A DNA stretch of 64,000 bases, from assembly GCA_016706425.1 (NCBI GenBank), contig JADJJR010000001.1:701973-765972 (forward strand). The letters are read 5' to 3'. This document shows positions 37,970 to 47,431 of this stretch, piece by piece (positions within the stretch are counted from its first letter, which is position 1; every line of letters starts with the position of its first letter). The notes under the pieces are model-generated. The model ran no database searches and was not told the origin of the DNA. It saw only the letters and a program-made list of their open reading frames with translations. This stretch comes from Elusimicrobiota bacterium. Lineage in GTDB: Bacteria > Elusimicrobiota > Elusimicrobia > FEN-1173. A program made the position numbers and the translations under genes.

Positions 37970-38025
37970 TTGTGGCTACCTATCCCCTTGGAGTCCAAAA
38001 AACGGTACGGGCCTCCCGAGATGAG
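37970..38025 (+). repeat. direct repeat DR1 (ATTGTGGC...CCTTGGAGTCCAAAAA.CGGGCCTCCCGA.GATGA) upstream of the CHAT gene
   Basis: The same ~57-bp sequence recurs at 40290-40438, with a palindromic element inserted. Confidence 0.6.
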
Positions 38026-38079
38026 TTGACAGGCCGAAGATCTCCAAGAAAATCTAGAAAATAGCTTGGAAGGACGCAT

Positions 38080-40290
38080 ATGAAAAAAATGGGCCATTTT
38101 ATGGGCCGATCGATTCTCCGCATCCCATACCGGTATATTGGTCCCCGTGTTCCAAATACTTGGCGCCCCCCTTTCCTCTCCGACAGATGGCTATTAACTT
38201 TAGGCGCATTTCCTCAGAATTTACTTTCCTTGGTCAATCCCACCGTTGCCTTCAAGATGATATCTCAACTTGCCAATACTGGCGGGCATGACTTCGGCGT
38301 TATCTATGATGAAAATGTGGCTGATTGTGTTGAAAACCAGATTGAGAACCACCATCCGATAGGCATACTGATCGTAGACACACATAAAAAAGAGGTTTTT
38401 CAGCATCTAGCGAAGATGTTTCGTAAAACCTTTATTACCGCATTTGATGATAATGTGGCTAAAGAACTAAAGGCTGATCCTGTCTGCAATGATAAATTTT
38501 TAGATTTCGATCCAATTGTTGTCGCAGATGAAATACGACGACATCTTCCAATGGCCCTAAGAATGTGTGGGGAACTGATGGGGGACCCATTCCCTGATGA
38601 AATAATTGCAAGAATGACAGCGCAATCTGAGTTGATTAAACGCGGCGATCAGAAAATGTTTTATGACTTCGCGCCATGCTATCCAAATTACTTAAACATT
38701 GCCCAGATAAAGGGGTGGGGCTGGAACGCTACCCATTTACCTAAAAAGGTTGAACATCATCGACGGATTAGGGCGGCGATAAGATCTGTCAAAAAGCTAG
38801 ACATCAATCATTGGGTTATAAACCAAGAGTCTCCCCCCCTAATCCTGACCTTTCCATTTATTAATCGTCGTGAAGAGTCGATCAAATTGCGGCGCATTCG
38901 AAACGAGATCCCTGCCAAAGCCAAGCCAGAAATTTTCAAACTAATGCGTGGCTTTAAAATCGAGCAATCAAAAGACTATCTGTGGTATTTTGACCAAGAG
39001 CTAGAATCCATCTCTGGCTTGATTATTCGAGAGAGGAGCAAACATCTTGCATTCCTCGATAACATGCAGTTCCTTCATTCAGGGTTTAGATGTTCTCCCT
39101 CTCTCCGGGTTCCGGCCAAAGGAGCCTCAATCTATGACTGTTTGGCCCCTTTTGAACCTCGGGAGTTTCGACGGAATTATTCGCCCAAAGGCGTTTTTGA
39201 AAACATTTCAAAGCTTGGTGAGAAATTGGCGGAATCGATCCCATCTGAATACTTGGATATTCTCAGGCAGGCCAAAAGACAGATGGTCGTGATAAGTGAT
39301 TTGCCAATTGAGTGGTTGATGATTGACGGAGTTCCATTGGGGTTTAAGAATGACGTATGTAGGTTGCCGGAAAATCCAGGCGCCACCGTTATGACTCAGT
39401 TCGCAGTAAACAGCCAAGTTTTCTTTTCAATTCCTTCCGAGATTTTAAAAAAGACTCTTGTCGTGTGCCTTTCGCCAGGGGACGATGAAATCTTACGCGC
39501 ATTTCAGAATATCAAACGGACGCACGAATCCAGTGGTGTGAGGTTTGAAACTTGCAGAAGCATGGAGCATCTCAAGCAGGTGGCAAACGAATCTGATTGG
39601 GACCTAATCATTTACTTCTCCCATGGATCATCAAGGAAAGACAGGTCGGACTCCGTTCTCTTAATGGATGGGGTTGAGATATCCGGTCAAGAGATTATTG
39701 ATAACGGCCTGTCTGCCCCGCTCGTTGTGCTGTTCGCCTGTGAAATGGCCCCACTGTTCGGTTATCTCAACCCCATTCCCCAGGCATTTTTCGAAGCTGG
39801 GGCCATGTCCGTGGTAACAACAATTCTTCCGATTTCAATCAATAGTGCCTTTTTGTTATGTAATCGAATACTCATCAATCTTTCGACGGCAGCAAAAACA
39901 AAGATCCATCATAATTGGCTAGATTTCGTCAGCCACAACCTCAGAACTTCACTTTTCGAGGACATGATCCATAGAATCCTCGACAGCAATAAGCTTTCCT
40001 ATTTGATCCCCAAGATGGATTATGAAAAAAAAGCGCCTTGGCTTGGAAAGGCGATGAATCCCCTGACCCGTGTTGCCGCGTATAAGGAACTATCAGAATC
40101 GGTCTCCAGATGTTTTCCAGTGGAATCGAGGCCCCGGGTCAAAGATGTGCTGGATAAGAACGAATTCTTACCAGAGGGCCTTTTCTTCAGCATATGGGGA
40201 AGAGCTGATCTAATCCCATTTGACTCATGGAGCAACAAGCTCAATATAGAACAGAACTCCGGGTATGATTCATCACAAGTTCGCGAATGA
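38080..40290 (+). CDS. CHAT-domain (caspase-like cysteine protease) protein. The N-terminal ~390 aa have no recognisable homology.
   Basis: 736 aa, low GC, GGAAGGA SD. CHAT hallmarks: DLPIEWLMIDGVPLGF, catalytic His in DLIIYFSHGSS, catalytic Cys in PLVVLFACEMA. Confidence 0.75.
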   Translation: MKKMGHFMGRSILRIPYRYIGPRVPNTWRPPFLSDRWLLTLGAFPQNLLSLVNPTVAFKMISQLANTGGHDFGVIYDENVADCVENQIENHHPIGILIVDTHKKEVFQHLAKMFRKTFITAFDDNVAKELKADPVCNDKFLDFDPIVVADEIRRHLPMALRMCGELMGDPFPDEIIARMTAQSELIKRGDQKMFYDFAPCYPNYLNIAQIKGWGWNATHLPKKVEHHRRIRAAIRSVKKLDINHWVINQESPPLILTFPFINRREESIKLRRIRNEIPAKAKPEIFKLMRGFKIEQSKDYLWYFDQELESISGLIIRERSKHLAFLDNMQFLHSGFRCSPSLRVPAKGASIYDCLAPFEPREFRRNYSPKGVFENISKLGEKLAESIPSEYLDILRQAKRQMVVISDLPIEWLMIDGVPLGFKNDVCRLPENPGATVMTQFAVNSQVFFSIPSEILKKTLVVCLSPGDDEILRAFQNIKRTHESSGVRFETCRSMEHLKQVANESDWDLIIYFSHGSSRKDRSDSVLLMDGVEISGQEIIDNGLSAPLVVLFACEMAPLFGYLNPIPQAFFEAGAMSVVTTILPISINSAFLLCNRILINLSTAAKTKIHHNWLDFVSHNLRTSLFEDMIHRILDSNKLSYLIPKMDYEKKAPWLGKAMNPLTRVAAYKELSESVSRCFPVESRPRVKDVLDKNEFLPEGLFFSIWGRADLIPFDSWSNKLNIEQNSGYDSSQVRE

Positions 40291-40438
40291 TTGTGGCATT
40301 GAACCTAGGCGCGTAGGGGACGTTGTCAACTTAGAAACTTATCCCCACCCCTTCACCTCAATTAAATTGACAACGTCCCCTACACCGCTTAGAATCCCAC
40401 TCCTTGGAGTCCAAAAATAGGGGCGGGCCTCCCGATGA
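40290..40438 (+). repeat. direct repeat DR2, starting at the CHAT stop codon. It is the DR1 sequence split by a 71-bp palindromic MITE-like element (40313-40383, 17-bp perfect inverted repeat GTAGGGGACGTTGTCAA / TTGACAACGTCCCCTAC).
   Basis: ATTGTGGC and CCTTGGAGTCCAAAAATAGGGGCGGGCCTCCCGATGA match DR1. Confidence 0.6.
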
Positions 40439-40459
40439 TCTGGGAGACCCGCCCTTTTG
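40421..40459. terminator. bidirectional intrinsic terminator (GGGCGGGCCTCCC-loop-GGGAGACCCGCCC, T-tract on both sides) between the convergent CHAT gene and the 135-aa gene
   Basis: 13-bp GC-rich stem, then TTTTG downstream and an A-tract upstream. Confidence 0.6.
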
Positions 40460-40462
40460 CCG

Positions 40463-40870
40463 CTAATCTTCATCAAGTTCTAGGACGGTAATGACTGCCT
40501 CCGCATCATCGCCGGGGCCGCAGAGGGCCTTGAGCGTGACGAGCGGCGGCGTGCCTGCCTTGTTATCGTTGCGGACGTGGAGACTGAAGCGGATGTAATC
40601 CCCGCCATCGGACTGGCGGATGGCGTGGCGTAACATGAACAGAAGATCAAACAGCCGCCCCTTGGAATCCTGACAGGGGACACCTGCCGGGACCTCGACA
40701 TACCGATCCCACACCGCCCGAGTGAGCGCGATGGGGAAGCGGAACCGAAGCTCCTTGTATTCCGACGAATCAGACACGTCAACCAAGAACCCATCCTCAA
40801 TGGCCTGGGCGCGAGTGTATCGGCTGATGACCGGCGCGTCACTGAACAATCCCTGCTTTTGCGTGTGCAT
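40463..40870 (-). CDS. conserved hypothetical protein (135 aa), high GC
   Basis: AAGGAGG SD 5 nt upstream of Met38 of the tracked ORF. No homology recognised. Confidence 0.45.
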   Translation of the reverse strand: MHTQKQGLFSDAPVISRYTRAQAIEDGFLVDVSDSSEYKELRFRFPIALTRAVWDRYVEVPAGVPCQDSKGRLFDLLFMLRHAIRQSDGGDYIRFSLHVRNDNKAGTPPLVTLKALCGPGDDAEAVITVLELDED

Positions 40871-41496
40871 GTGTTTCCTCCTTAAGCCGCTTTCCGCGGT
40901 GTTTGGGAGAAAAGGAACAACGAGCCTGGGAGGTCCGTCACGCCGGGAGGGGTTGGATCGAAGGAAGGGGACGGGCCTCACCTTAGGCCCCGCACCATCG
41001 AGCCCCGGCGCGAAGTGGAGCGAAGCGACCGTAGAGGGTCCGGCCAGGAATAAATGGCCGAAGGCCGTTTCTTTTATGCCTGGGCCGGAGCCCTTGACGT
41101 GACCACCTCAGGCCGTTGTTAAACTGAAAAGACACAGGACGGAAAGCGCAATATCAGGATCGACCGGGCTACCGGGCGTCCTCTCCGGGAGTTTCCCCCC
41201 CGGAAAGGATTCCCACAAATCGGGAACACGGCCATGACTCCGGCCGTGAAACCTTTAAAGGTCGCGGCTGATTGTGCCTTGGGGCCCACGGGCATGGAGT
41301 CCGTGCCTTCTGCGGCGCAATGGGACCCAAGACCCAATCCGAGAGACGGTCCCTTTTCCATCTGGAGGCCGCCGGAGGCGGACCCGAAGGAAAAGCCGCA
41401 GTATGAAGCCGCCGGTTTGTGGCGGCCGACGGCCGGGCGGAACCCCGGGCCGTCCTGGGTGAGGGCTCGCAACCGAATTCTGTGGCCGGATCGAGG

Positions 41497-41580
41497 GTCC
41501 CGTGTGCCGGTGGCACACGAATGGGACGCCCGGTTGAAACCGGGCCGGTTCCGACGAGTTTTACCGAGGAGGAACAGCCG
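41497..41580 (+). repeat. structured repeat element, copy 2 (GTCCC-[GTGTGCC-GGT-GGCACAC]-GGGAC, then GCCCGG-TTGAAA-CCGGGC and a hairpin carrying CCGAC..TTTT..CCGAGG)
   Basis: Paralogue of 29395-29481, with compensatory changes in the closing stem. Confidence 0.55.
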
Positions 41581-41679
41581 CGACCGGGTTTCGCAGGTGA
41601 TGGGGTGGTGGAAGTATCCCGATATCAGCGCCACCGACGTAAATTTGCGAGAGAAGAGCATTGATGTTACACTTGTGTT

Positions 41680-41946
41680 ATGAAACGTGGTCGCCGTTGG
41701 TTCTTTATGTTCGCCTTGAGCCTGTTCCTCTTCGGAATGGTTCAAGACGCTTCGAGTTCCTGCGCATCGGGCGAAGTGACGACCGATGTTTGCCACGCCT
41801 GCGTATGCGGGCCTCACATCGTTCCCATGTTGATCGACGGGGACGGCGTTGCGGCCAAGGAATACCCGGCTCACTTTGAGCGGTCCGTTTTTTCTTCGTT
41901 CCTCACCGCAAAAGATATTTTTCACCCTCCTAAAACCTCCGTCTAA
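41680..41946 (+). CDS. hypothetical small secreted Cys-rich protein (signal peptide; CASGEVTTDVCHACVCGPH)
   Basis: 88 aa, immediately upstream of the czcCBA-like operon. Possible metal-binding periplasmic protein. Weak SD. Confidence 0.3.
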   Translation: MKRGRRWFFMFALSLFLFGMVQDASSSCASGEVTTDVCHACVCGPHIVPMLIDGDGVAAKEYPAHFERSVFSSFLTAKDIFHPPKTSV

Positions 41947-42114
41947 AACGCGCCTGTAACGGATTTTCCCGGCCCACTGTTTATTTATCGCCGGGGAAAG
42001 CCCGTTTTTTAAACAAACCACCAATCAAGGGACAGTCCATCCGTCCCTAAAACCATACGGATTTATTCCCGGCGCATGAAGCGTTTGGGATCGATCCATT
42101 GAATGGAGTGAAAA

Positions 42115-43353
42115 ATGAGCAAATCGCTGTTTTTCCTTATTCTCCTGACCCTTTTGTCCCCCGTTCTCGTTCGGGGTTTGGAAGGGCCGGGGGAGGACGG
42201 ACTGACCTTGTCCGGCGTCATCGCAGAAGTAAAAGAAAAGAACCCGTCATTATCATCGGCCCGGTGGCGCTTGGGCCTGTTGGAGGCGGATGTGGCCGTC
42301 AACTCGGCGTTTCCCAATCCGAGTTTGGAAATGGAGAAATCCGCTTCCGGCGATACCGACGGGTATGAGGTGAAAGCCTCTCAGCCCGTGCCGTTGACGC
42401 GCAGGGCGGGCACGGCCCGCTCGGCGGCCCTGGCCGAATTTGAGGCGGGGAAATTGGAACTGGAAGCCCTGGAGACTGTGATCCTTGCCGAGGCCCGCAA
42501 AGCCTGGTACGCGTTGCGCATTTCCAAAGAACGCCGCCGTTTCGAGGAGACGAACCTTAAATTCTCCATGGACCTCCTCAACAAGATCGAAATGAGGATG
42601 CAGACCGGGGAGGCGGGCAACTCGGACTTGGCCCGGTCCAAGGTGGAAGTCACCCGCAGCAGGCTCCACCTTCAGGAAGCGGAGACGATGGTGAGCCGCG
42701 CGGCGGGTGAATTGAACAGTCTCATGGGCCGACGGCCGGACGCGACGGTGGCCGTGTCGGAAAACGGCGGTTTCAGCTTGGCACCCGTTCCTCCGACCCT
42801 GGAACCGTTGGAACATTACACGGCCCAGGCCCTGACCGCTCGCGCCGAGCCGCGCGCTTTGGCCTTCAGCGAAAAAGCGGCGGACCTGACCGTGAAGCTT
42901 GAAAAGGGAAAGCGCTTGCCCGTACCGGAAGTGGGGTTCATACGCGGGGTTGACGGCGGGGAGGGATATTCCAAGCTGTCTTTGGGTTTGGAACTGCCGC
43001 TCTGGTACAACAACAAGGGCGAAATTAAAATGGCGCTGGCCCGCAAAGCCTCGCTGGGTTACGAGGGAAAACGCCTGGAACTGGACATCCGGCGGGAGGT
43101 CCATGGTGCTTGGCTGGAGATGGGGCTGGCGCAAAAGCGTCTGGCCGCCGCGCGGGAAACCGTGTTCATGCTCAACGACCTCCGACGAACGGCGGCGCAG
43201 GAATATCTGTCCGGGAAAATCGGCCTGACGTCCTTTTACGAAACCAATCGGGTGTTCCTTGAGGAAAACATCAGCTATCTGGACGCATTAAAAGAATTCT
43301 ATGAGAGGACCGCGCAGTTGGATGCCGTGGTCAATAAAGGAGACGAGAAATGA
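42115..43353 (+). CDS. outer-membrane efflux protein (CzcC/CusC, TolC family)
   Basis: Signal peptide, two TolC-like repeats, 412 aa. First gene of a three-gene RND operon. Confidence 0.8.
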   Translation: MSKSLFFLILLTLLSPVLVRGLEGPGEDGLTLSGVIAEVKEKNPSLSSARWRLGLLEADVAVNSAFPNPSLEMEKSASGDTDGYEVKASQPVPLTRRAGTARSAALAEFEAGKLELEALETVILAEARKAWYALRISKERRRFEETNLKFSMDLLNKIEMRMQTGEAGNSDLARSKVEVTRSRLHLQEAETMVSRAAGELNSLMGRRPDATVAVSENGGFSLAPVPPTLEPLEHYTAQALTARAEPRALAFSEKAADLTVKLEKGKRLPVPEVGFIRGVDGGEGYSKLSLGLELPLWYNNKGEIKMALARKASLGYEGKRLELDIRREVHGAWLEMGLAQKRLAAARETVFMLNDLRRTAAQEYLSGKIGLTSFYETNRVFLEENISYLDALKEFYERTAQLDAVVNKGDEK

Positions 43354-44294
43354 AAACGTTCATCCATGTTTTGATGTCTGCGGCCTTCATCGGCCTTGTG
43401 GGTTGCGGCGGCGGAACCTCCGGCGCATCGGAGGAGCACGCCGCCGAAGCGGGAGAAAGCGGCTCGCACAACGCGGGAACCATCGAGGTGTCCGTCGAGG
43501 CGCAGAAGGAGGGCGGCATCATGACGGAAACGGTGAAACAATCCTCCGTGCCGGAAACCTTCCAGGCCATGGGCCGCGTCCTTCAGGACGCGCAAAAGCC
43601 CCACCACGTGACGGCCGGCGGACCCGGCCGGATTGAAACCCTCGCCGTTTCCCTGGGGCAGGCGGTGAACCCGGGCGACGTGCTGGCGGCCATCAAATCC
43701 CCCGCCGGGGGCCTGTCGAACGTGACCGCCCCTCACAAGGGCATCGTGACGGCGTTGCACGTCGGCGAAGGGGACTCTGTCGACGAAATGACGTTCCTTT
43801 TCACGTTGACCGACGTGGACCCGCTTTGGGGAGTGTTGGACATTCCCGAGCGAAGCCTTGGACAGGTGCGGCCGGGGCAAAAGGTTGAAATACGGACCAC
43901 GGCCTATCCGCGTGAAGTGTTCAAAGGGAAGGTCGCCTTTATTTCCCCCGAAATCGATACGGTCAGCCGCACGGTCAAAACGCGGGTGGCGATCGAGAAC
44001 CCCGCCGGGCTCATGAAGTTCGGCATGTTCATCGACGCCGCCGTGCACACCGGCGGGCATTTTCAAGGGGCCTCGGTTCGCGCCGACGCCGTGCAGAACG
44101 GCCCCACCGGGCCTTTTGTTTTCGTCAAGACGGGAGAGTCTTCGTTCGTTCCGAGGCCTGTTGAAATCGGCCGGGAGAAAGACGGCTTGGTGGAGATACT
44201 CAAGGGCGTCGCCCCCGGGGACAGCGTGGCGGTGGAAGGGTCCTTCCTGTTGAAATCGGAAATGATGAAGGAGCAGATGGGGGAGGGACATTGA
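43350..44294 (+). CDS. RND efflux periplasmic adaptor (CzcB/CusB family), lipoprotein
   Basis: Lipobox LVGCGG. HlyD-like beta-barrel and lipoyl motifs. AAGGAG SD. ATGA overlap with the upstream gene. Confidence 0.8.
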   Translation: MKTFIHVLMSAAFIGLVGCGGGTSGASEEHAAEAGESGSHNAGTIEVSVEAQKEGGIMTETVKQSSVPETFQAMGRVLQDAQKPHHVTAGGPGRIETLAVSLGQAVNPGDVLAAIKSPAGGLSNVTAPHKGIVTALHVGEGDSVDEMTFLFTLTDVDPLWGVLDIPERSLGQVRPGQKVEIRTTAYPREVFKGKVAFISPEIDTVSRTVKTRVAIENPAGLMKFGMFIDAAVHTGGHFQGASVRADAVQNGPTGPFVFVKTGESSFVPRPVEIGREKDGLVEILKGVAPGDSVAVEGSFLLKSEMMKEQMGEGH

Positions 44295-44295
44295 C

Positions 44296-47200
44296 ATGTT
44301 GAACAACATGATCGCTTTTTCCATCCGGCACAAATGGTTGGTGCTGGCGGCCGCGTTTCTGGTGGCCTGCGTGGGGGCGGCTTCTCTGCGTTCCCTTCCC
44401 ATCGACGCTTTTCCCGACGTGACCAGCGTGCAGGTGGAAATCGTCTCTACGGCGGCGGGCAAGTCCCCCCTCGAAGTGGAAAAACTGGTGACCTATCCGG
44501 TGGAGAACGTGTTGCGCGGCCTGCCGGGCCTCACGCAATTGCGTTCGGCGTCTAAATACGGGATTTCGGTGGTGACTGTCGTCTTTAAGGACGGCACGGA
44601 CCTGTACTTCGCCCGGCAACAGGTGTCCGAGCGGTTGACGGAGGCGCGCGAGAAGCTGGGGGAGGGCATTGAAATCGCCATGGGTCCGCCCGCCACGGCC
44701 ATGGGTGAAATCTACCAATACACCCTCGACACGGGACGGGAGACGGAGACGCCCGCCCAATTGACCGAGATGCGCACCCTGCAGGATTGGGTGGTGTCGC
44801 CGATCCTGAAAAGCGTGGCGGGCGTGGGCGACATCAATTCGTTCGGCGGTTTCATCAAGGAATATCAAGTGGTGGCTCTGCCGGACTTGATGACGCAGTA
44901 CAACGTGAGCCTGAAGGAGCTTTACGACGCCATCGGCCGCAACAACTCCAACGTGGGAGGCGGGTTGCTGGAATCGTCGGGGGAACAGCTCCTCATACGC
45001 GGGTTGGGGCTGATTAAAAGCGCGGCGGAGCTGGGCGACATCGTGGTGGCGGATCGCGGCGGATCGCCCGTGCTGGTGAAAGACGTCGCCCGCGTGCGGG
45101 AAGGCCATGCCGTGCGCCAGGGGGCGTCGTTCATCGACGGAAAGAAAGAGGCCGTGGGCGGCGTGGTCATGATGCTCAAGGGCGAGAACAGCCGGAAAGT
45201 GGTGGGCCGGGTTTCGGAAAAAGTGGCCGAGATCAACGCGTCCGGGGTGTTGCCCGCCGGAATGAAGATGAAAGCGTTCTACACGCGGGACACCGTGATC
45301 AACAGCAGCGTGGCCACCATCGTCAAGGCGCTGGCGGAGGGCTCCGCCATCGTGGTGGTGGTTCTCTATCTGTTCCTGCTGAGTTTCCGGGGATCGTTCG
45401 TCACCATCATGGCGCTGCCTCTGGCGTCGCTTTTGACCTTCCTGGCCATGCGGCGATTCGGGATTTCCGGCAACCTCATGTCCTTGGGCGGCCTGGCCAT
45501 ATCCATCGGCATGATCATCGATTCGACCATCATCCAGGTGGAGAACGTCTTGCACCACCTGGGCTCCCGCCGGGAGGCCGAGCACAGGGACAAGGCCGTG
45601 GCCGATGCCATCATCGAGGTGAGGAAACCGAGCATCTTCGGCGAGTTGATCATCGCGCTGACGTTCATTCCCATCCTCGCGCTGGAGGGCATCGAGGGAA
45701 AAATGTTCGGGCCGCTGGCGTTGACGGTGATGCTGGCCCTCTTCGCTTCTCTGCTTTTGTCATTGACCGTCATTCCGGCTTTGTGCGCGACGGCGTTGCG
45801 CCCCGCGCCGGACAAGGAAAGTCCGCTCTTGACCTTGGCCGGGCGTTTGTATCGCCCGACCTTGGCGTGGAGCATGGCGCACCCGAGGAAGGTGCTTTTG
45901 GCGGGAGGGCTTCTGCTGGCCGGGTGCCTGGCGCTGGTGCCGCGATTGGGGACGGAGTTCGTGCCGGTGATGGACGAAGGGTCTTTCGATATGGACACCG
46001 GCATTTTGCCCGGAGCCTCCTTGGAAACATCCGCCGGAGCGGCGAAGAAGATTGAACGGATACTCATGGAATTCCCGGAGCTCGAGACGGTGGTTTCCAA
46101 AACGGGCTGGACCGGACGGGCCATCGAGGCGCGCGGGGTGGAGAAGACGGGGTTCCTGGGCGTGCTCAAGCCGCGCAAGGAATGGAAGACGGCGAAAACA
46201 CGGGAGGAGCTTTTCGAGAAGATGCGGGAAGCCTTGGCCGTCATCCCCGGCGTGGTGATCGGTTTCAGCCAGCCGATCCAATGCCGCATCGACGAACTGG
46301 TGGCCGGGACGCGGTCGCAGTTGGCCGTGAGGCTCTTCGGCGACGACCTGGACGTGCTCACCCAAAAAGCCGCCGCCATCGCCGCCGTCCTTGGCGGAGT
46401 GCGGGGCGCGACGGACGTGGCGTTGGAACGGCAGGGCGGGCAGTCCTACGTGAACATCGAGATGAACCGGGGCATGATCTCACGCTACGGGCTGAACGTG
46501 TCCGACATCAACGACGTCATCGAAACCGCGCTGGGCGGTAAATCCGCCGGAGTGGTGTATGAGGGAGACCGGGCCTTCGACATCACCGTGAGGCTGCCGG
46601 AGACCGAAAGGAACTCCCTCACGGCGTTGGGCGAGATCGTGATCGCCTCGCCATCGGGCGCGCGGGTGCCGCTTTCCGTTTTGGCGAGCATCAAGCGCGT
46701 GGAGGGGCCGGTGCAGATCGGGCGGGAATCCGGCAAAAGGCGCATCCTGGTGGAGGCCAACGTGAGCGGCCGGGACCTGGGGGGATTCGTGGCCGAGGCG
46801 CAGGAAAAAATCCGGAAGGCCGTGCCTCTGCCGGAAGGCTATTACCTGACGTGGGGCGGGCAATTCGAGAATCAGCAGAGGGCCATGAAGACGCTGGCCG
46901 TCATCGTTCCGGCGACCATCCTGCTGATTTTTCTTCTGTTGGCCATGACGTTCAACTCCCTGCGGCAAGCCGTGTTGGTCCTTTTGAACTTGCCGCTGGC
47001 GATGGCCGGAGGCATCGCGGCGCTGTTCATCTCCGGGCTGTACCTGTCGGTTCCGGCGGCGGTGGGGTTCATCGCGTTGTTCGGGGTGGCCGTTCTTAAC
47101 GGCGTGGTGCTGGTGACGTACATCAATCAATTGCGCGCCAAAGGCATGCCCATGGAGGAGGCAATCCCCGAAGGGTGCAAACGACGGATGCGTCCCGTGC

Positions 47201-47385
47201 TCATGACCGCGCTCATCACCGTGGCGAGCCTGACGCCGATGCTCTTCGCCGTCGGCCCCGGTTCCGAAGTTCAAAGGCCGTTGGCCGTGGTGGTGATCGG
47301 CGGATTATTGACGTCCACCGCGCTGACGCTGATCATCCTGCCGGTGTTGTACGCCTATTTCTCCCGAGGGGAGAGACCGGCGTGA
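44296..47385 (+). CDS. heavy-metal efflux RND permease (CzcA/CusA family)
   Basis: 1029 aa, 12-TM RND architecture. N-terminal IAFSIRHKWLVL...AFPDVT typical of HME-RND. GGAGGG SD. Confidence 0.9.
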   Translation: MLNNMIAFSIRHKWLVLAAAFLVACVGAASLRSLPIDAFPDVTSVQVEIVSTAAGKSPLEVEKLVTYPVENVLRGLPGLTQLRSASKYGISVVTVVFKDGTDLYFARQQVSERLTEAREKLGEGIEIAMGPPATAMGEIYQYTLDTGRETETPAQLTEMRTLQDWVVSPILKSVAGVGDINSFGGFIKEYQVVALPDLMTQYNVSLKELYDAIGRNNSNVGGGLLESSGEQLLIRGLGLIKSAAELGDIVVADRGGSPVLVKDVARVREGHAVRQGASFIDGKKEAVGGVVMMLKGENSRKVVGRVSEKVAEINASGVLPAGMKMKAFYTRDTVINSSVATIVKALAEGSAIVVVVLYLFLLSFRGSFVTIMALPLASLLTFLAMRRFGISGNLMSLGGLAISIGMIIDSTIIQVENVLHHLGSRREAEHRDKAVADAIIEVRKPSIFGELIIALTFIPILALEGIEGKMFGPLALTVMLALFASLLLSLTVIPALCATALRPAPDKESPLLTLAGRLYRPTLAWSMAHPRKVLLAGGLLLAGCLALVPRLGTEFVPVMDEGSFDMDTGILPGASLETSAGAAKKIERILMEFPELETVVSKTGWTGRAIEARGVEKTGFLGVLKPRKEWKTAKTREELFEKMREALAVIPGVVIGFSQPIQCRIDELVAGTRSQLAVRLFGDDLDVLTQKAAAIAAVLGGVRGATDVALERQGGQSYVNIEMNRGMISRYGLNVSDINDVIETALGGKSAGVVYEGDRAFDITVRLPETERNSLTALGEIVIASPSGARVPLSVLASIKRVEGPVQIGRESGKRRILVEANVSGRDLGGFVAEAQEKIRKAVPLPEGYYLTWGGQFENQQRAMKTLAVIVPATILLIFLLLAMTFNSLRQAVLVLLNLPLAMAGGIAALFISGLYLSVPAAVGFIALFGVAVLNGVVLVTYINQLRAKGMPMEEAIPEGCKRRMRPVLMTALITVASLTPMLFAVGPGSEVQRPLAVVVIGGLLTSTALTLIILPVLYAYFSRGERPA

Positions 47386-47431
47386 TCGGTCTTGGGCGCG
47401 GCGGTTTAAAATTGATCCATAGGAGGCTTAT

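Noticed and set aside
41119-42024. 301-aa minus-strand ORF upstream of czcC
   Set aside because: No motif, and low-complexity translation. The region holds the structured repeat and a small secreted ORF on the other strand, so it is treated as non-coding.
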